A stretch of DNA of 64,000 bases from the human T2T-CHM13v2.0 reference genome, Homo sapiens, in assembly GCF_009914755.1 (NCBI RefSeq), contig NC_060926.1. One strand, 5' to 3'. The translations under genes were made by a program, and so were the position numbers. Positions 49,330 through 64,000 of the stretch are shown here, piece after piece. Below the pieces are notes generated by a model. It searched no databases and was not told the DNA's origin. It was given only the letters and a program-made list of their open reading frames with translations. Position 1 is the first letter of the stretch; every line of letters begins with the position of its first letter.

Positions 49330-50290
49330 TTTACTCAATGCTGGCCATATTAAAATGTCTGAGATACTTTCCTTCAAATAACATGTAACATTAGTTCATA
49401 ATAGGGGAAAATATAGAAAATAATATTTAAGATCATATATCCAAAGTTTCAAGTAGAAAATTGAGACAATAATATCTACAGGAGTTCACAAGAAAATCAA
49501 ACCTTAGGGTATGAATTGTGGGAAAAAGGGTGAACAGTCATAAAAGACCTCATGGGGAAAACAGGTGTTAAGCTGTATTTTAAAGGAGGGAAAGATTTGA
49601 AAGTGAGATGAGAAGTCATTCTGAGAAGGAAAACCATGAGCAAGAATCTACAGCCAGGAATAAGCATAGTATGTTTGGGAATGATTAACAGATATATTTG
49701 GCTGAAGTTACAGCTTTATGTAAGGGAATTACAACAAATGCATTTAATGTGGATAGTAGTTATACTTTAAAATGTGGGGATTATTAAAAATTTCTGAACA
49801 GAGAGAGTAACAGACAAACCAGTGTTCTTGGAAGGCACATCTAGAAATAAACTGACATAAAAATAAACTCTGCCTATGTTCTTCCACTGCTGCTCTTCTT
49901 TATAATGATCACACATCCTCAGTTGTCCTTAGTTGTGCTTTATTGTTCCTGATCTAATCACAACCATGCTTCTCAGTCCCCTTGCCTAGAAGTTTGCTTG
50001 GAAACCTCAATTCAACAGCACTCCTACAGACCCAAACACCTTCCTTTAGACTTAGAAATATTAGGGGAAAAGCAACTAGTTTACTGTAGCAAAAAGAGTA
50101 TATGCTTTGGAATTAGGGAGAACTAAATTTAAATCTGTATTCCAAAAATATATTATTTATAAGATCTTAAGCAATGATTTAACCTACCTATACCTAAATT
50201 TAATCTGTAAAAAGATTAAGTAAAAAGTAAAAAGGGGCTACTTCGCAAACAAAGATGAGATAAATGAAGGATACTGGCACGTAAAAGAAT
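49330..50290. mobile_element. Degraded L2 and MIR remnants
   Basis: L2-like words (tttactcaatgc, taagctgtattttaaagga, catagtatgtttgggaa) and MIR-like words (aaaagagtatatgctttggaattag, atcttaagcaatgatttaacct). Confidence 0.45.
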
Positions 50291-50820
50291 CTAAAAATGT
50301 GGATATTTTTTGTTTCACTTTGAATTTATAAGCAAAAGGAAATCTGAACTGAGAGAGAAGCTGTAAAGATCTAAAACTTTTTTAAATAAAGGAAATGTTT
50401 AAAGATTTTTAAAATGCCAACAACAATTTTGAAGAAAACTAAGAAGTCACATAACCAACATAATTATTTTAATTTAAAATATTTCCTGGTGAACTTTTTT
50501 CTCACTATGAACATGTTTTTACATGTTTGCAATCATTTGTCTTATAAAACTTTCATTTTATTTCTTTCATTTAACATAAGTGCTTTGCAAGGTTATTATT
50601 TAATTTCACAAATTAGTTTTCATAAATACATAACATTTCACTGAATAATAGTATTAAAGTTTATATAACAGTTTGCCTATCATTACACAGTTAAGGTTTT
50701 TAATTATTTGCTGATATTAGCAATGATGAAATAACTGTTTTCTCCTCAGATAAAACTCAACACCCCACAACTTTAGCATCAATAAGAAAGAATGCAAGCC
50801 ACTTCATCTTTTAAACGTAT

Positions 50821-51163
50821 TGTATTAGTCTGTTCTCACTCTCCTATGAAGAAATACTCAAGACTGGGTAATCTATAAAGAAAAGAAGTTTAATTGACTC
50901 ACAATTCTGCATGGCTGGTCAGGCCTCAGGAAACTCACAATCATGGCAGAAAGTACCTCTTCATAGGACAGCAGGAGAGAGAATGAGTGCTGAGAGAAGG
51001 GGGAAGCCCCTTATAAAACAATCAGATCTCACTATCATATGAACAGCATGAGGGAAACTACTCCCATGGTTCAATTATCTCCACCTGGTCCCACCCCTGA
51101 CACGCGGGGATTATTACAATTCAAGGTGAGATTTGGGTGAGGACACAGAGCCAAACCATATCA
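50821..51163 (-). mobile_element. THE1D/MSTA-like solo LTR
   Basis: tgtattagtctgttctcac...ggacacagagccaaaccatatca; near-TSD CGTAT/GGTAT. Confidence 0.88.
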
Positions 51164-51232
51164 GGTATCAAAGATACTAAAGTGACCAAGTATAGCAATA
51201 TCTAACATATTCTCACTGGAATCTCTGACTCT

Positions 51233-51556
<324 letters not shown>

Positions 51557-52534
51557 AATCAAGTATGAAAATTTGTAAGTGTGGAATTTTGAAGTATGTT
51601 AAATTCTAGATTCTCCTTATTTTCTATGTTATCAACAAAAATAGGATTAGAAGTAAATGGCTCTATTTGGAACCAAACATACTTAAGCTTTTATTTAATA
51701 ATTACAAGAGCAGAAGAAGACTCAAAGGTCATTATCATTAAAGAGGCAAAGGACTACTGGCTGGATACTACCAGAAAGAACAGCTCTGGCTTGGTAATAG
51801 TAGTTTTATGGGGAGAAAAGTTCTAAGTAATAGCTCAACACACAAAGATATTTCTGAAGAAATACAAAACCTCTAAAGGATTTAAGTTTCTAACTAAACA
51901 AAAGATCCCAATACCACATTGATAAGAAGCAAATGTTTTTTTATTTCAATGTACTCTATGTAGCTCAAATAACGTAACTGTTAACTGCATGGAAACAGGA
52001 AACATAAATCAATCTCTTGATAGGCAGAAAAATCATTAGTAAATCAGTAATTTGTACTCCATCAGGGAAAACGAAAAAAAAAAATCTTGAATCTTGGATC
52101 TACCTATGTAATTAATGTAATGAAGAAAAATGTGGTTGTGTCCTAAAGGATCTGATGCCTCTAGTCCTTTTTAAGGACACCTGAAACTTCTTTATTTTGT
52201 TCCAGAGAAAGTCATAGGAATTGGGCTAAATTACAGTCATTTTTATCAGCAGATGACAGAATTTCCACATAAGGTGTCAAAGAAGGGAATTCAAGTTAGG
52301 TTAGAAACAAGCAACCCACTTATTGGTATATTTCCCATTACCAGATAGAGTTTCTACTTTATGGGGATGTTACCACAATTTACCACCCGTTCCGGGAATT
52401 GTTCTGGTCACCATGACCAAAATTTTATACACTAACAAAAAAGATTCTGAATAAGAATCCCACAGAGAAAAAGGTATTTAAATGATGGCTCTATGAAACA
52501 TAGCTTAGTGCTTCTCATATAGAGTTTAGAGGTA

Positions 52535-53785
52535 TTATATAGCCTAGTGGGAAGGAACAAGGACTTTGGAGGCAGTTTACACCCCAGATTCACTAACTCT
52601 AGATGAATAGTTTTTGACACAATAGTAAACCTCTCTATGTTTACTAATGTGTAACCTAATCTAATTTTTCTTTTCTAATTTGTAAACTGGGAGAATAACA
52701 ATGTTTTCAGAAATTTGTTGCAAGGAATAAATGAGAATATATATTACTACCTACATACAGGTACATTAGAATATATACACCTACGTGTGTGTGTATACAT
52801 ATATACATGGGTGTATATGTATAGACACACAGAGAGAGAGAAAGAAAAAGAGAGAAACAGAGAGGGAGAGGACACTTTGTACAGTACCTGGTATATGGTA
52901 TGTACTCAAAAGATAGTAGCTATTGTTAAATGTTAAGAGACAGCTTGATATAGTGAAAAGAACATGACACAAGGAAAAATGACCTAGGATCTAGCCCCAC
53001 TATTGATTAATTTTCTGACCTCTGGGCAAGACCCTGTTAGGCCTCAGCTTCCATATTTGTTAAATGGGGAAAATAGTGACTGTCCGTATATCATAGAGGT
53101 TGCCCTTTTGAAAAAAGAAATGGGATAATGACATATAAAAGAAATGTGAACATTACTAAGTAATAATGAATGCAAGGCATTTTATAATTAAAATTCTGTC
53201 ACTTGAAAACAATACTCTTTCTTATTTGGAGAAACAAGAGAATATGGAAGGAGAAAGACCAATTCAGAATTTCAACCTAAGCAAACTTTTGGTCATTATC
53301 TCAAAATAATAGCTTTTGACTTCTCTTTTCTATAATTAAATGGTTACTTTTAATGACATATGACTCAAAAATGATTGTCAATGCCCAGGCAGGAATTCAG
53401 TTACTTTATTATTCAAAACAGGTAAACTCCATAAAAACTTACTATGCACTATTTCATGCAAGCTGCTGCACTATACACAGAAATACAGATGAATAGGACA
53501 AGGTCTTTATCCACAGGGTTCACAAGTCCATAGTTGGCAATCAATCTAATAGACACGATGGTATAATGGAAAAAATTTTAAGTCAAATAAATTTGTTTAA
53601 ATCCTAACCCTTTCACCTATTTGCTGTATCCCTTACAAAGTACATATCCTCCTTGAGTTTATGGTCTCATCATAAAATGTAATAATAATATTAATACTTA
53701 TCTGATGGGGGTATTTTGAGTCCTCATCAACTGGGATGACATATAACACATGTAAAGCATTTGGAACACAGCAGATGCTTTAATT
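52535..53785 (+). mobile_element. Cluster of about three MIR fragments with a TA/GA simple repeat
   Basis: MIR core-like words: ggactttggaggcag, tgacctctgggcaag...gcctcagcttccatatttgttaaatgggga, ctcatcataaaatgtaataataata...catgtaaagcatttggaaca. Confidence 0.6.
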
Positions 53786-56082
53786 ACCATTGTCTCCTTT
53801 CCTGAATAAAGTACACAAATGAATGACATGTCCAGCCCAAGGTAAAATTTAATTCGTGCCATTTTAAAAAGTGCCACAAAGGAAGATGTCACATCTGGTT
53901 AGGAGAACTGGTAAGGCCTCATAGAAGGTGTGGTCCTTGAAATGAACCTTGAAGTATGTAAGATTTTCAACACACATAGTTAAAGGGCAGAAGCAGTAAA
54001 AGTAGACGAAAGGCATGGGGGGGAAAAAAAAAAAAGACCCAGGGTAGAAAACAGTTGGGTGTGCTTAACAAAGAGCATTACTTCATTATGGGAGGAGAAT
54101 CTTTGGTAAATGGAAAACAGAGACAGAGACAGAAAAAAGACAGAAAGGTAGTTTAAGGTCCCATTATGAAAAGTCTTGATGGACACAGAAAACATTTTGT
54201 ACTTAATGGGAGTACTGACAGTTTGTACTGACAGTTCTTCACTAGCAGCATAATTTGGTTAGGTCGGAGATGGCAGCAATTCCTGGAAATAAATTCAGTA
54301 CTAAAAGAAATGTCAGTTTTGAAAGGGTTTTAAATGGGAAGAATTTCAGAAACTTTTATGTAGGAAATAATTTTCTCTTAAGGATGACCTAAGAGAAAGT
54401 AAGGCCAGGGATAGGTATCATTGTATTACTAGACAAAGAAACTAGGAGAATTTCCACGCTTAACCCACAAACCAAGGTCGGCTATGAGAGATCTTGCCCT
54501 ATGTCATACAAATTAACATTAACAACAGACAGAGAAAACAAATTCAGGATTCTATCTTCTGGGTCTGTTACTTGAGACAGCATTTCCTCTCTTAAGCATT
54601 TCTGAAAGATAATTATCAGGATAACAAGAATAAATTCTCAAAAACATGCTCTTACGCTGAGCATGCAAAATGGGTAACTGTGTATGCAATTGTAAATTAT
54701 ACAACTGAAGTCTGAAAAAAAATGTCTGTGTACTTACTTCATCTGTTAACTCAAGGGAAACAGTAAGATTTAAAAACCCTAAATGTGGAAAATATTATTA
54801 TAATCATTTCTGGGTGCCTCATGAAGATAGGCAGGCTGCCTAAGTCACAAAAACTTCAAGGGAAAAAACAGTTGCAAAATTAAATAATTTTCTCCTCTGA
54901 CCACTGCCTATCTAACAATGAGAATAATCTGCAAACAAACACACTCGGATTCTCCCTCTCCCTCTCTCTCTGTGTCACACACAAACACACTTCTGGACAC
55001 TGACGTATTCCGTTGGCTATGTTGCTGCTGTGATGTGGTAAAATATCCCTGAGAATTAAGAGAAACTGGGGATTCCAAAATGTAAGAGAACAAGACAGAA
55101 TTTGCCTTGTCTTTCCAGTCCTCTCTATATACATTTTTTCTATCAATCAATCCCTCTCTGAGAGAGAGCCACTTCTGTCAGGGAATTTCAAATATGAAAA
55201 GAAAATATTTATAGTAAGTAAAAGACAAATGATTTGGGTTCTTTTTCAGAAACGAACTCTTTTCTCTCCCATTCTTTCTCGAATAATGCCCGAAGGCAAA
55301 TCTTAGACACAGCTCTGTTTTGTGACTAATACAGGGTTCCATGAGGAAATTATGTAGCATTCTAGGGAAGATAAACACAAATGTTAGGCAATCTATTTTG
55401 TGGAAACCCAGATGGGGTAGTTTAAGAAGTCATCTGATTCTAGAGAATATAATGGTTGGTGAATCCAATTACTTTTAAAAGTGTAGCTTCAGAAAAGTGT
55501 AGACAAGACAGAAATATGGCACCAATGGAAGCAATATTGAGGACTTAAGCCTGTCAGTTACTTCCTACTTTGATTCTGAATGGTACATGGTAACTGGTTC
55601 TACAGCCTGAGTGGTAGAATCAACTCTATCCACACTGAGACGTTTTATAGTATTTAGGTAAAAACGACAGTTTAGAATAAACAAAAGAGGGGGAAATAAA
55701 CCTCAATTAGTTATTTACAGTACAGCCTTGCAAGAAAGTTCACAACTCTACAGGTAAAAGCATGCATTTTAATTCAGACAAGCACCAGGTTTGATCCACA
55801 TTACTGCTTCTAAATGACCTAGAGGTTAAAGTAAGGAGTACAAAGTGTGGTGCTGAAATATGACAGCATGATGAAATGGGGACAGGTGGGCTGGCAAAAG
55901 CAATTAAAAAATATAAATTAGTAATTAAACACAATAATTCTTGAGGTGGAAAACAATTATTCTAAATATCACCTCCACATACCCCCAGCATTATAAAAGC
56001 TGCAGATGTTTCAATTCAGAAAACATTTTCTAAAAACACAAACAAAAAGGAAAACCTAAAAGCTACAAAGAAATAAGGATAA

Positions 56083-58375
<2,293 letters not shown>

Positions 58376-58429
58376 AAAGAAATAAGGATAAACCATGGAG
58401 TATACAATTCTAGGCTTACACTGTACATA

Positions 58430-60290
58430 ATATAGATATTTAATTTGTGTATATATTAATTAAAATAAGATCACATCTCTTTTTCCAGTTAAGAAATAAC
58501 GAATATATTTTTAATGAATAAATATAAATTTACATTAATTTAATGAATATCACATTATATGAATATACAATAATTTAGTTTGTGAACACATTTGTTTGTT
58601 GGATTTTTAATTTATACCTACTCCTCGCTATACAAAATACATTGTATTAAATATAGTTACATCTGAATATTATAATACAATCATGATTATTTCATTAAGT
58701 TCAAATTCTAAAAGGGGAATTACATAGTAAAAAGGTAAGCACATTTTAAGGGGTTTCTGAGGCATATTGAAAAACTGACTCCAAAAAGACTACAATAACT
58801 AGACCCCTAGCAGCAGGTATGAAAATACCTATTTCCACAAATATTTCTTATAAACAAGGAGTGTTACCATTTTCTTATTTCTGAGTAGTTTATAGTCAAA
58901 AATATCACACAAGCTTAATTTGTATGTCTTATTAATAGAGTTACAAATTATGTTCATGTTATCATTTTTTACCAAATATTGTCCATTTTTGCTTACAAAT
59001 GAATTTCAGAATGATTTCATTAAGATTCTTCCCTAAACAAATTTACTTGATACTCACTGCAATTAGATTAAATTTGAAAAAACTTTCTACAGAATGAAAT
59101 ACTCCCATCCTGGAATACCATATATATTTGTGCATAAGAAAGTCTCTTTTATATTACTCTGTGATGTTGTCACATTATTTCTAAATTGACTTGCTAAGTA
59201 GCTGCATAGAAAAATTATATCTATGTCCCAATAGTAAATAAGACACTTTTGACACTATATTTTCTATGTGGGCATTGCTAATATAAGAAAAGTTTATTTG
59301 TTTTCTAAGTGAATCATCTAACCTAAACTCTTATTGGTCTTAATGAATTTTTAGTATGTTCTATTTAGATAATAATAACCTATGAATAATAATATGCATG
59401 TGCTATGGTTTGAAATGTTTGAGCCTTGCCAAAATTCATATTGAAATTTAATCCCCAATGCAACTTTGTTATTTTTTTTAATTTTTAATTTTTGTGGGGG
59501 AGGGCACAAAAATTTCAGAAGTGATTACATCACTCATTAATTGGATTAGTGCCTTATAGAAGGGATTGGGGGAGTGAGTTTGTCCTTTTTGCCTTCTCTG
59601 CCACGTAAGGATACAGAGGTGCCATTTATGAGTAACAGGACTTTATCAGACACTGAATCTGCTGACATCTTAATATTGGACTTTGCAGCCTCCAGAACTG
59701 TGAGAAACAAATTTCTGTTGTTTATAAATTTCTCAGTCTACAGTATCTTGTTATGGGAGCAGGAATGGACTAAGACATGCATGGCTCATTATAATGTAAT
59801 TTATTCTTTTTTTACATTTATTTTATAGAACTTCTAAAGTGTTGGTGAGAAGCATCTTCACCCAATTCCTGTTGTCAATGAAAATAAATGTTTTATTGTT
59901 CTACTGTTCAATCTATGGTGGCCACTAAATTTCAAATAGATGTTCTTTATTTTGTTATTAAAATATTATACTGCTTGGAATTTAGTAAACTTTGTTTTTA
60001 AATCAAGAATGTAGCCTGGATGTAATAAAATGTCTTTCTAGAATACATCAAGAAACTGTATCTCCCTCACCTAGTAATATGATAAATTATATTAACATAT
60101 TTTTTTAAAATATCAAACCATCCTTGCATTTCTGGAATAAATCCTACACACTAGTACAAAATTACTTTCTTAAAACACTGGGAATTGACTTGCTAAAATT
60201 TTATTTATTTTACTTTTATCCATAATTGTGAGATTAACTCATAGTTTTTTTGTGTGTGCTCTTTTTGTCTGGCTTTGGTATCAGGATAAA
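58430..60290 (-). mobile_element. Ancient L1ME/MC remnant interrupted by an LTR
   Basis: AT-rich antisense L1M words (atcaaaccatccttgcatttctggaataaatcctac, tttttgtctggctttggtatcagg). Confidence 0.55.
59401..59777 (+). mobile_element. MLT1A/MSTD-like solo LTR
   Basis: tgctatggtttgaa...gaaatttaatccccaatgcaac...gcctccagaactgtgagaaacaaatttctgttgtttataa...ggactaagaca. Confidence 0.82.
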
Positions 60291-60785
60291 GCTAGACAAA
60301 ATGACATAATTTTCTGCAGATAAATGCTCCCACTAGGAACAACTAGGAGAGGAAGTAAAACATGTAGAAAAAACATATTAAAAGGCATCAGGTGCTGTGA
60401 AGCAATGAAGACTAAAGGGAATAAAACTGCAGAGAGGACAAAACCTTTTAAAGGTGAGGTGAAAATCTGCAGCTTTCCTTGTGGGCATTTGAGGAACGTA
60501 GACAAGGGCAACAGACTGAGAATCTTAAAACCAGGCAGAGACTAACTACTAGGGGGCGAAAAAAACTTGGAATCTTTGCTGCTTCCAACAGACTAGAGTG
60601 CCACAGTTAGAGGTTTGAGGACTAGTTTTACCCTCAAGATATTTACTGAATTCTAAAGCTAAACGGCTGAGGAAAATAAGGGTTTAAGCCAAAATCTTTG
60701 AAAAGCAAGGAGATTTCTCACAGTTTCACAGTGTTTCAGAGAAAAAGACTCACTAGTAGAAGAATGCCTAAAAATGACAGGAGCT

Positions 60786-61153
60786 ATCTTAGTCCATTCA
60801 GAATAATGTAACAAAATCCCATAGACTGGTAGCTTATAAACAAAAGAATTCTCACAGTTCTGGAGGCTTGGAAGTCCAACATCAAGGTATCAGCAGATTC
60901 GGTGTCTGATGAAGGCCTATTTCCTAGTGCGAAATAAAAAAGGAGTCTTCTTCCTGTATCCCCGTATCCTCACATGGCCACAAGGAACAAGGCAGCTCTC
61001 TGAAGTCTCTTTTATAAGTATACTAATCCCATTTGCGAGGCTCTACCATCATAATCTATCACCTCCCAAGGCCTCACCTCCTAATGTAATCACACTGGTT
61101 ATTAGATTCAACATATGATTTTTTGGGGTACACAAACATTCAGATCACATAGG
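60786..61153 (-). mobile_element. MLT1A-like solo LTR inside an old L1M 5' region
   Basis: tcttagtccattc...tctcacagttctggaggcttggaagtccaacatcaagg...cacaaacattcaga. Confidence 0.8.
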
Positions 61154-62170
61154 AGCTGAAACCTCATTAGGGATGGTAAAGTAACACTGACAATCCCCAA
61201 CACTTTTTTTCCCATCAGCAATTGCTGATACTGGGTACTGCTAAGTCTCCTTCTCAAGACATTTACCAGATTCTAAAACGAAAGAGTACAGGAGGCTGAA
61301 CAGACAAGGTTTCTGTGAAGAGCAGGAATTTCTATAGTCCTCTTTGGTGCTAAAAAGACAATGACATATCAGGCAGTTTTTAAAAGCTCTGCAGAGCCAT
61401 ATCCTACCAACAAGGGCAAACAAAGTACACTACAACTGCAACCCAATATTAATCCAAATCAGTCCATGATGGTACTAAGGTGGTCAGCTTCAAACCACAA
61501 CCCACCTGCCCATTCTATTTACTAAGTAAAGGAAAACATGAACCTTTTCTGGTGGAAGATAACACCACCTGGAATCTCTACATATTTTATACAATGTCTA
61601 ACATCAACCGAAAAATATTAGAAACAGACAGGACCATATCACTGAAAACCAAGAGAAAAAAAATCCACCAATATGTATGTATAATATATATAAGAAGTAG
61701 TAAAGAATGATTTTGAATGTCTATAATTAATATGCTTAAGAAAACAGAGAAAACATAGACAAATTAGATAAAAAAGATGGAGCATTTCATCAAAGAATTT
61801 CAGTTTATATAAAAAAGTTAAAGAATATTCTAAAACTAAAATATACATATCTGAAATTCTAACTAAGTTTCTTTTTTTAATTCTACCAAGGCTTTTATAT
61901 TGTCTTTGTACTAATTACCTTGAACATCATAGGAAGATAAGCAGACATAATACCAGGAACCATTTTCAGATGAAAAAAATGCAAAGGTCAATGAAAAAAT
62001 GATGGAAGTAGCCTCTACATATCATTAAAGGTTAATAAATATAGCATGCGCCTTTATATACTGAAAATCTTCCTGGGTAGTTACAGCAGAAACTAACATC
62101 TTTCACCAAACTAAATTATAAGGAAATCTTTTTATATATAAAGGACAAAGTAAGAGCAACTGCCACTTAC

Positions 62171-62350
62171 AGGAAGGTGTGTGAATACAGCAAAGGTGCT
62201 ACGAAGAAAGGCAATGAGGTCTACCAGGTAATCACTAGCTTTGTTGCCCAAATCTCCGGTCATCCAGTCATAGTCTGCCAGCTGTAGGAACTGGTCAATC
62301 TTCTGGTTTAAGTTGGTATAAATCTCTTCTTCAGCTGCATGTCTAGCATC
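62171..62350 (-). CDS. EXOC6B: Internal coding exon of exocyst complex component 6B (Sec15B), 60 codons, phase 0/0
   Basis: The reverse strand reads ttttttcacag|GAT GCT AGA...CTT CCT|gtaagt, with canonical splice sites. It translates without stops to DARHAAEEEIYTNLNQKIDQFLQLADYDWMTGDLGNKASDYLVDLIAFLRSTFAVFTHLP, recognised as the Sec15 C-terminal region of EXOC6B. It is absent from the supplied ORF track. Confidence 0.93.
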
Positions 62351-63003
62351 CTGTGAAAAAATATAAAATTTGAAAAATCACTCAGATTTCAATATGGGCA
62401 GAAATTTCTATGAGCTTAGAGCCATCTGACATATCCATTAAGTAACTGGGAATATAACTGGGAATACTGAGCCATACATATCACAGTCTTCTTTAATTTT
62501 TTCTTTTTCAAAACCATTGTGTAGGTTTTTTCTAATTTTTTGTTTGCATCCTAAGAGATGCTAAAATGAAAGCAGAATGCCCAGATCATATAAGTTTGAC
62601 ATACCTATATAAAAGATTATGATATACACTAGCATATTAAAGGCTCTAAGAAGTATGGTGAGATTAATATTCTTACAAAAATATTTTCAGGACAAATGAT
62701 CATACATTACTCCACAACAACCAGTATTCCAATGCTAAAATTCCATCAACACAGACTTGTGCAGAGTAAGTTATGAAGTACCTGCCACCACATTCAATAT
62801 TCACTTTCATTCTGATCTTCCTTAACTTCTGTTAAATACTCTCTATTTAAAACTCTGTCTTCCCGTGGAATTCATGAGATGGTTTTCTCCTGGATTTCCT
62901 TTTACTTCTCTGGACACAAATCTTCTCACTTTCTTTGGGTGATTTAATGAAATCCAATAGCTTCCAGTATCTCTATCTTCAGTACAGATCTACTACAAAA
63001 TCA

Positions 63004-63412
<409 letters not shown>

Positions 63413-63649
63413 TCATCGTATTTACCACTCTTTACCTGTTCAACTCAGACCAAGGCAGAGATCTAAGCAAGATCTTAAATTCCATTCTTTCCTCCACAGT
63501 CAGAAAATGAGTTCTGTAAATTATATCTCCCAAATTTCTCTGTAATTTGTACTGCCCTCTACATTTTCACGTTTTAAAAGCCAGAATAATTTTGCAATAT
63601 ATTTACATACTATAACATAGTTGGTGACTATGTTTACTAATGTGAACAA

Positions 63650-64000
63650 TGCTTTATAAAATTTGATTGATAAATAAAAATTATACAAAAATTATATATT
63701 TGTGACGTACAACTTGATTTTTGAAATATGTATACACTGAAATGGCTAAATTGAGCTAAGTTGGATGCAAAAGAAACTGCTTTTAATGGCAAAAACCACA
63801 ATTACTTTTGCACCAACCTAATAATTAACATATGCATTACCTCACATACTTATTTTATGAGGTAGGAATACTTAAAAGTACTCTGCTAGCATTTTTCAAG
63901 AATATAACACAGTTATTAACTATAATCATCATGTTATAGAATAGATCTCTTGAAATAATTCCTTCTATCTAACTGAAAATTTCTATCCTTTGACCAAAAA
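63650..64000 (-). mobile_element. L1MA-type 3'UTR fragment
   Basis: gctaaattgagcta|attaacatatgcattacctcacata...ctataatcatcatgttatagaatagatctcttgaa. Confidence 0.75.
63757..63823. mobile_element. MADE1 (Hsmar1-derived MITE), left arm partly deleted
   Basis: agttggatgcaaaagaaactgc-ttttaatggcaaaaaccacaattacttttgcaccaacctaa, with a TA duplication inside the L1MA word gagcTAattaaca. Confidence 0.88.

Overview
Primate (human or hominoid) genomic DNA, not microbial. The only host coding sequence I can support is one 180-bp, phase-0 exon on the minus strand (62171-62350, DARHAAEEEI...FAVFTHLP), which I recognise as EXOC6B (exocyst subunit Sec15B). Everything to its left appears to be one very long intron, with the next exon outside the window. 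The intron is mostly transposons: a full-length dead L1PA4-like element, a ~6 kb L1PA7-like element, a rearranged L1PA13-16-like element, a 2.3 kb L1PA3-like element, LTR12C and MER52 solo LTRs, a THE1 provirus, MLT1/THE1D LTRs, about 18 Alu/FLAM copies, MER5A, MER20, MADE1, MIR/L2 remnants and microsatellites. Nearly all listed ORFs are L1 fragments or chance ORFs in repeats. I see no new protein-coding system. The most unusual signals are: (1) two L1s 51.5 kb apart that share five non-consensus variants, including FADD>FEDD in the RT motif; (2) a THE1 provirus with discordant LTRs sitting exactly on a ~330 bp deletion of its host L1; (3) an old L1 with a twin-priming inversion plus a second, tail-less inverted insertion; (4) a candidate antisense transcription unit made of an LTR12C promoter and an exon-like 89-nt segment behind a (TG)19 tract. 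Subfamily calls rest on remembered consensus features and need RepeatMasker/Dfam confirmation. Boundaries of old repeats are approximate.
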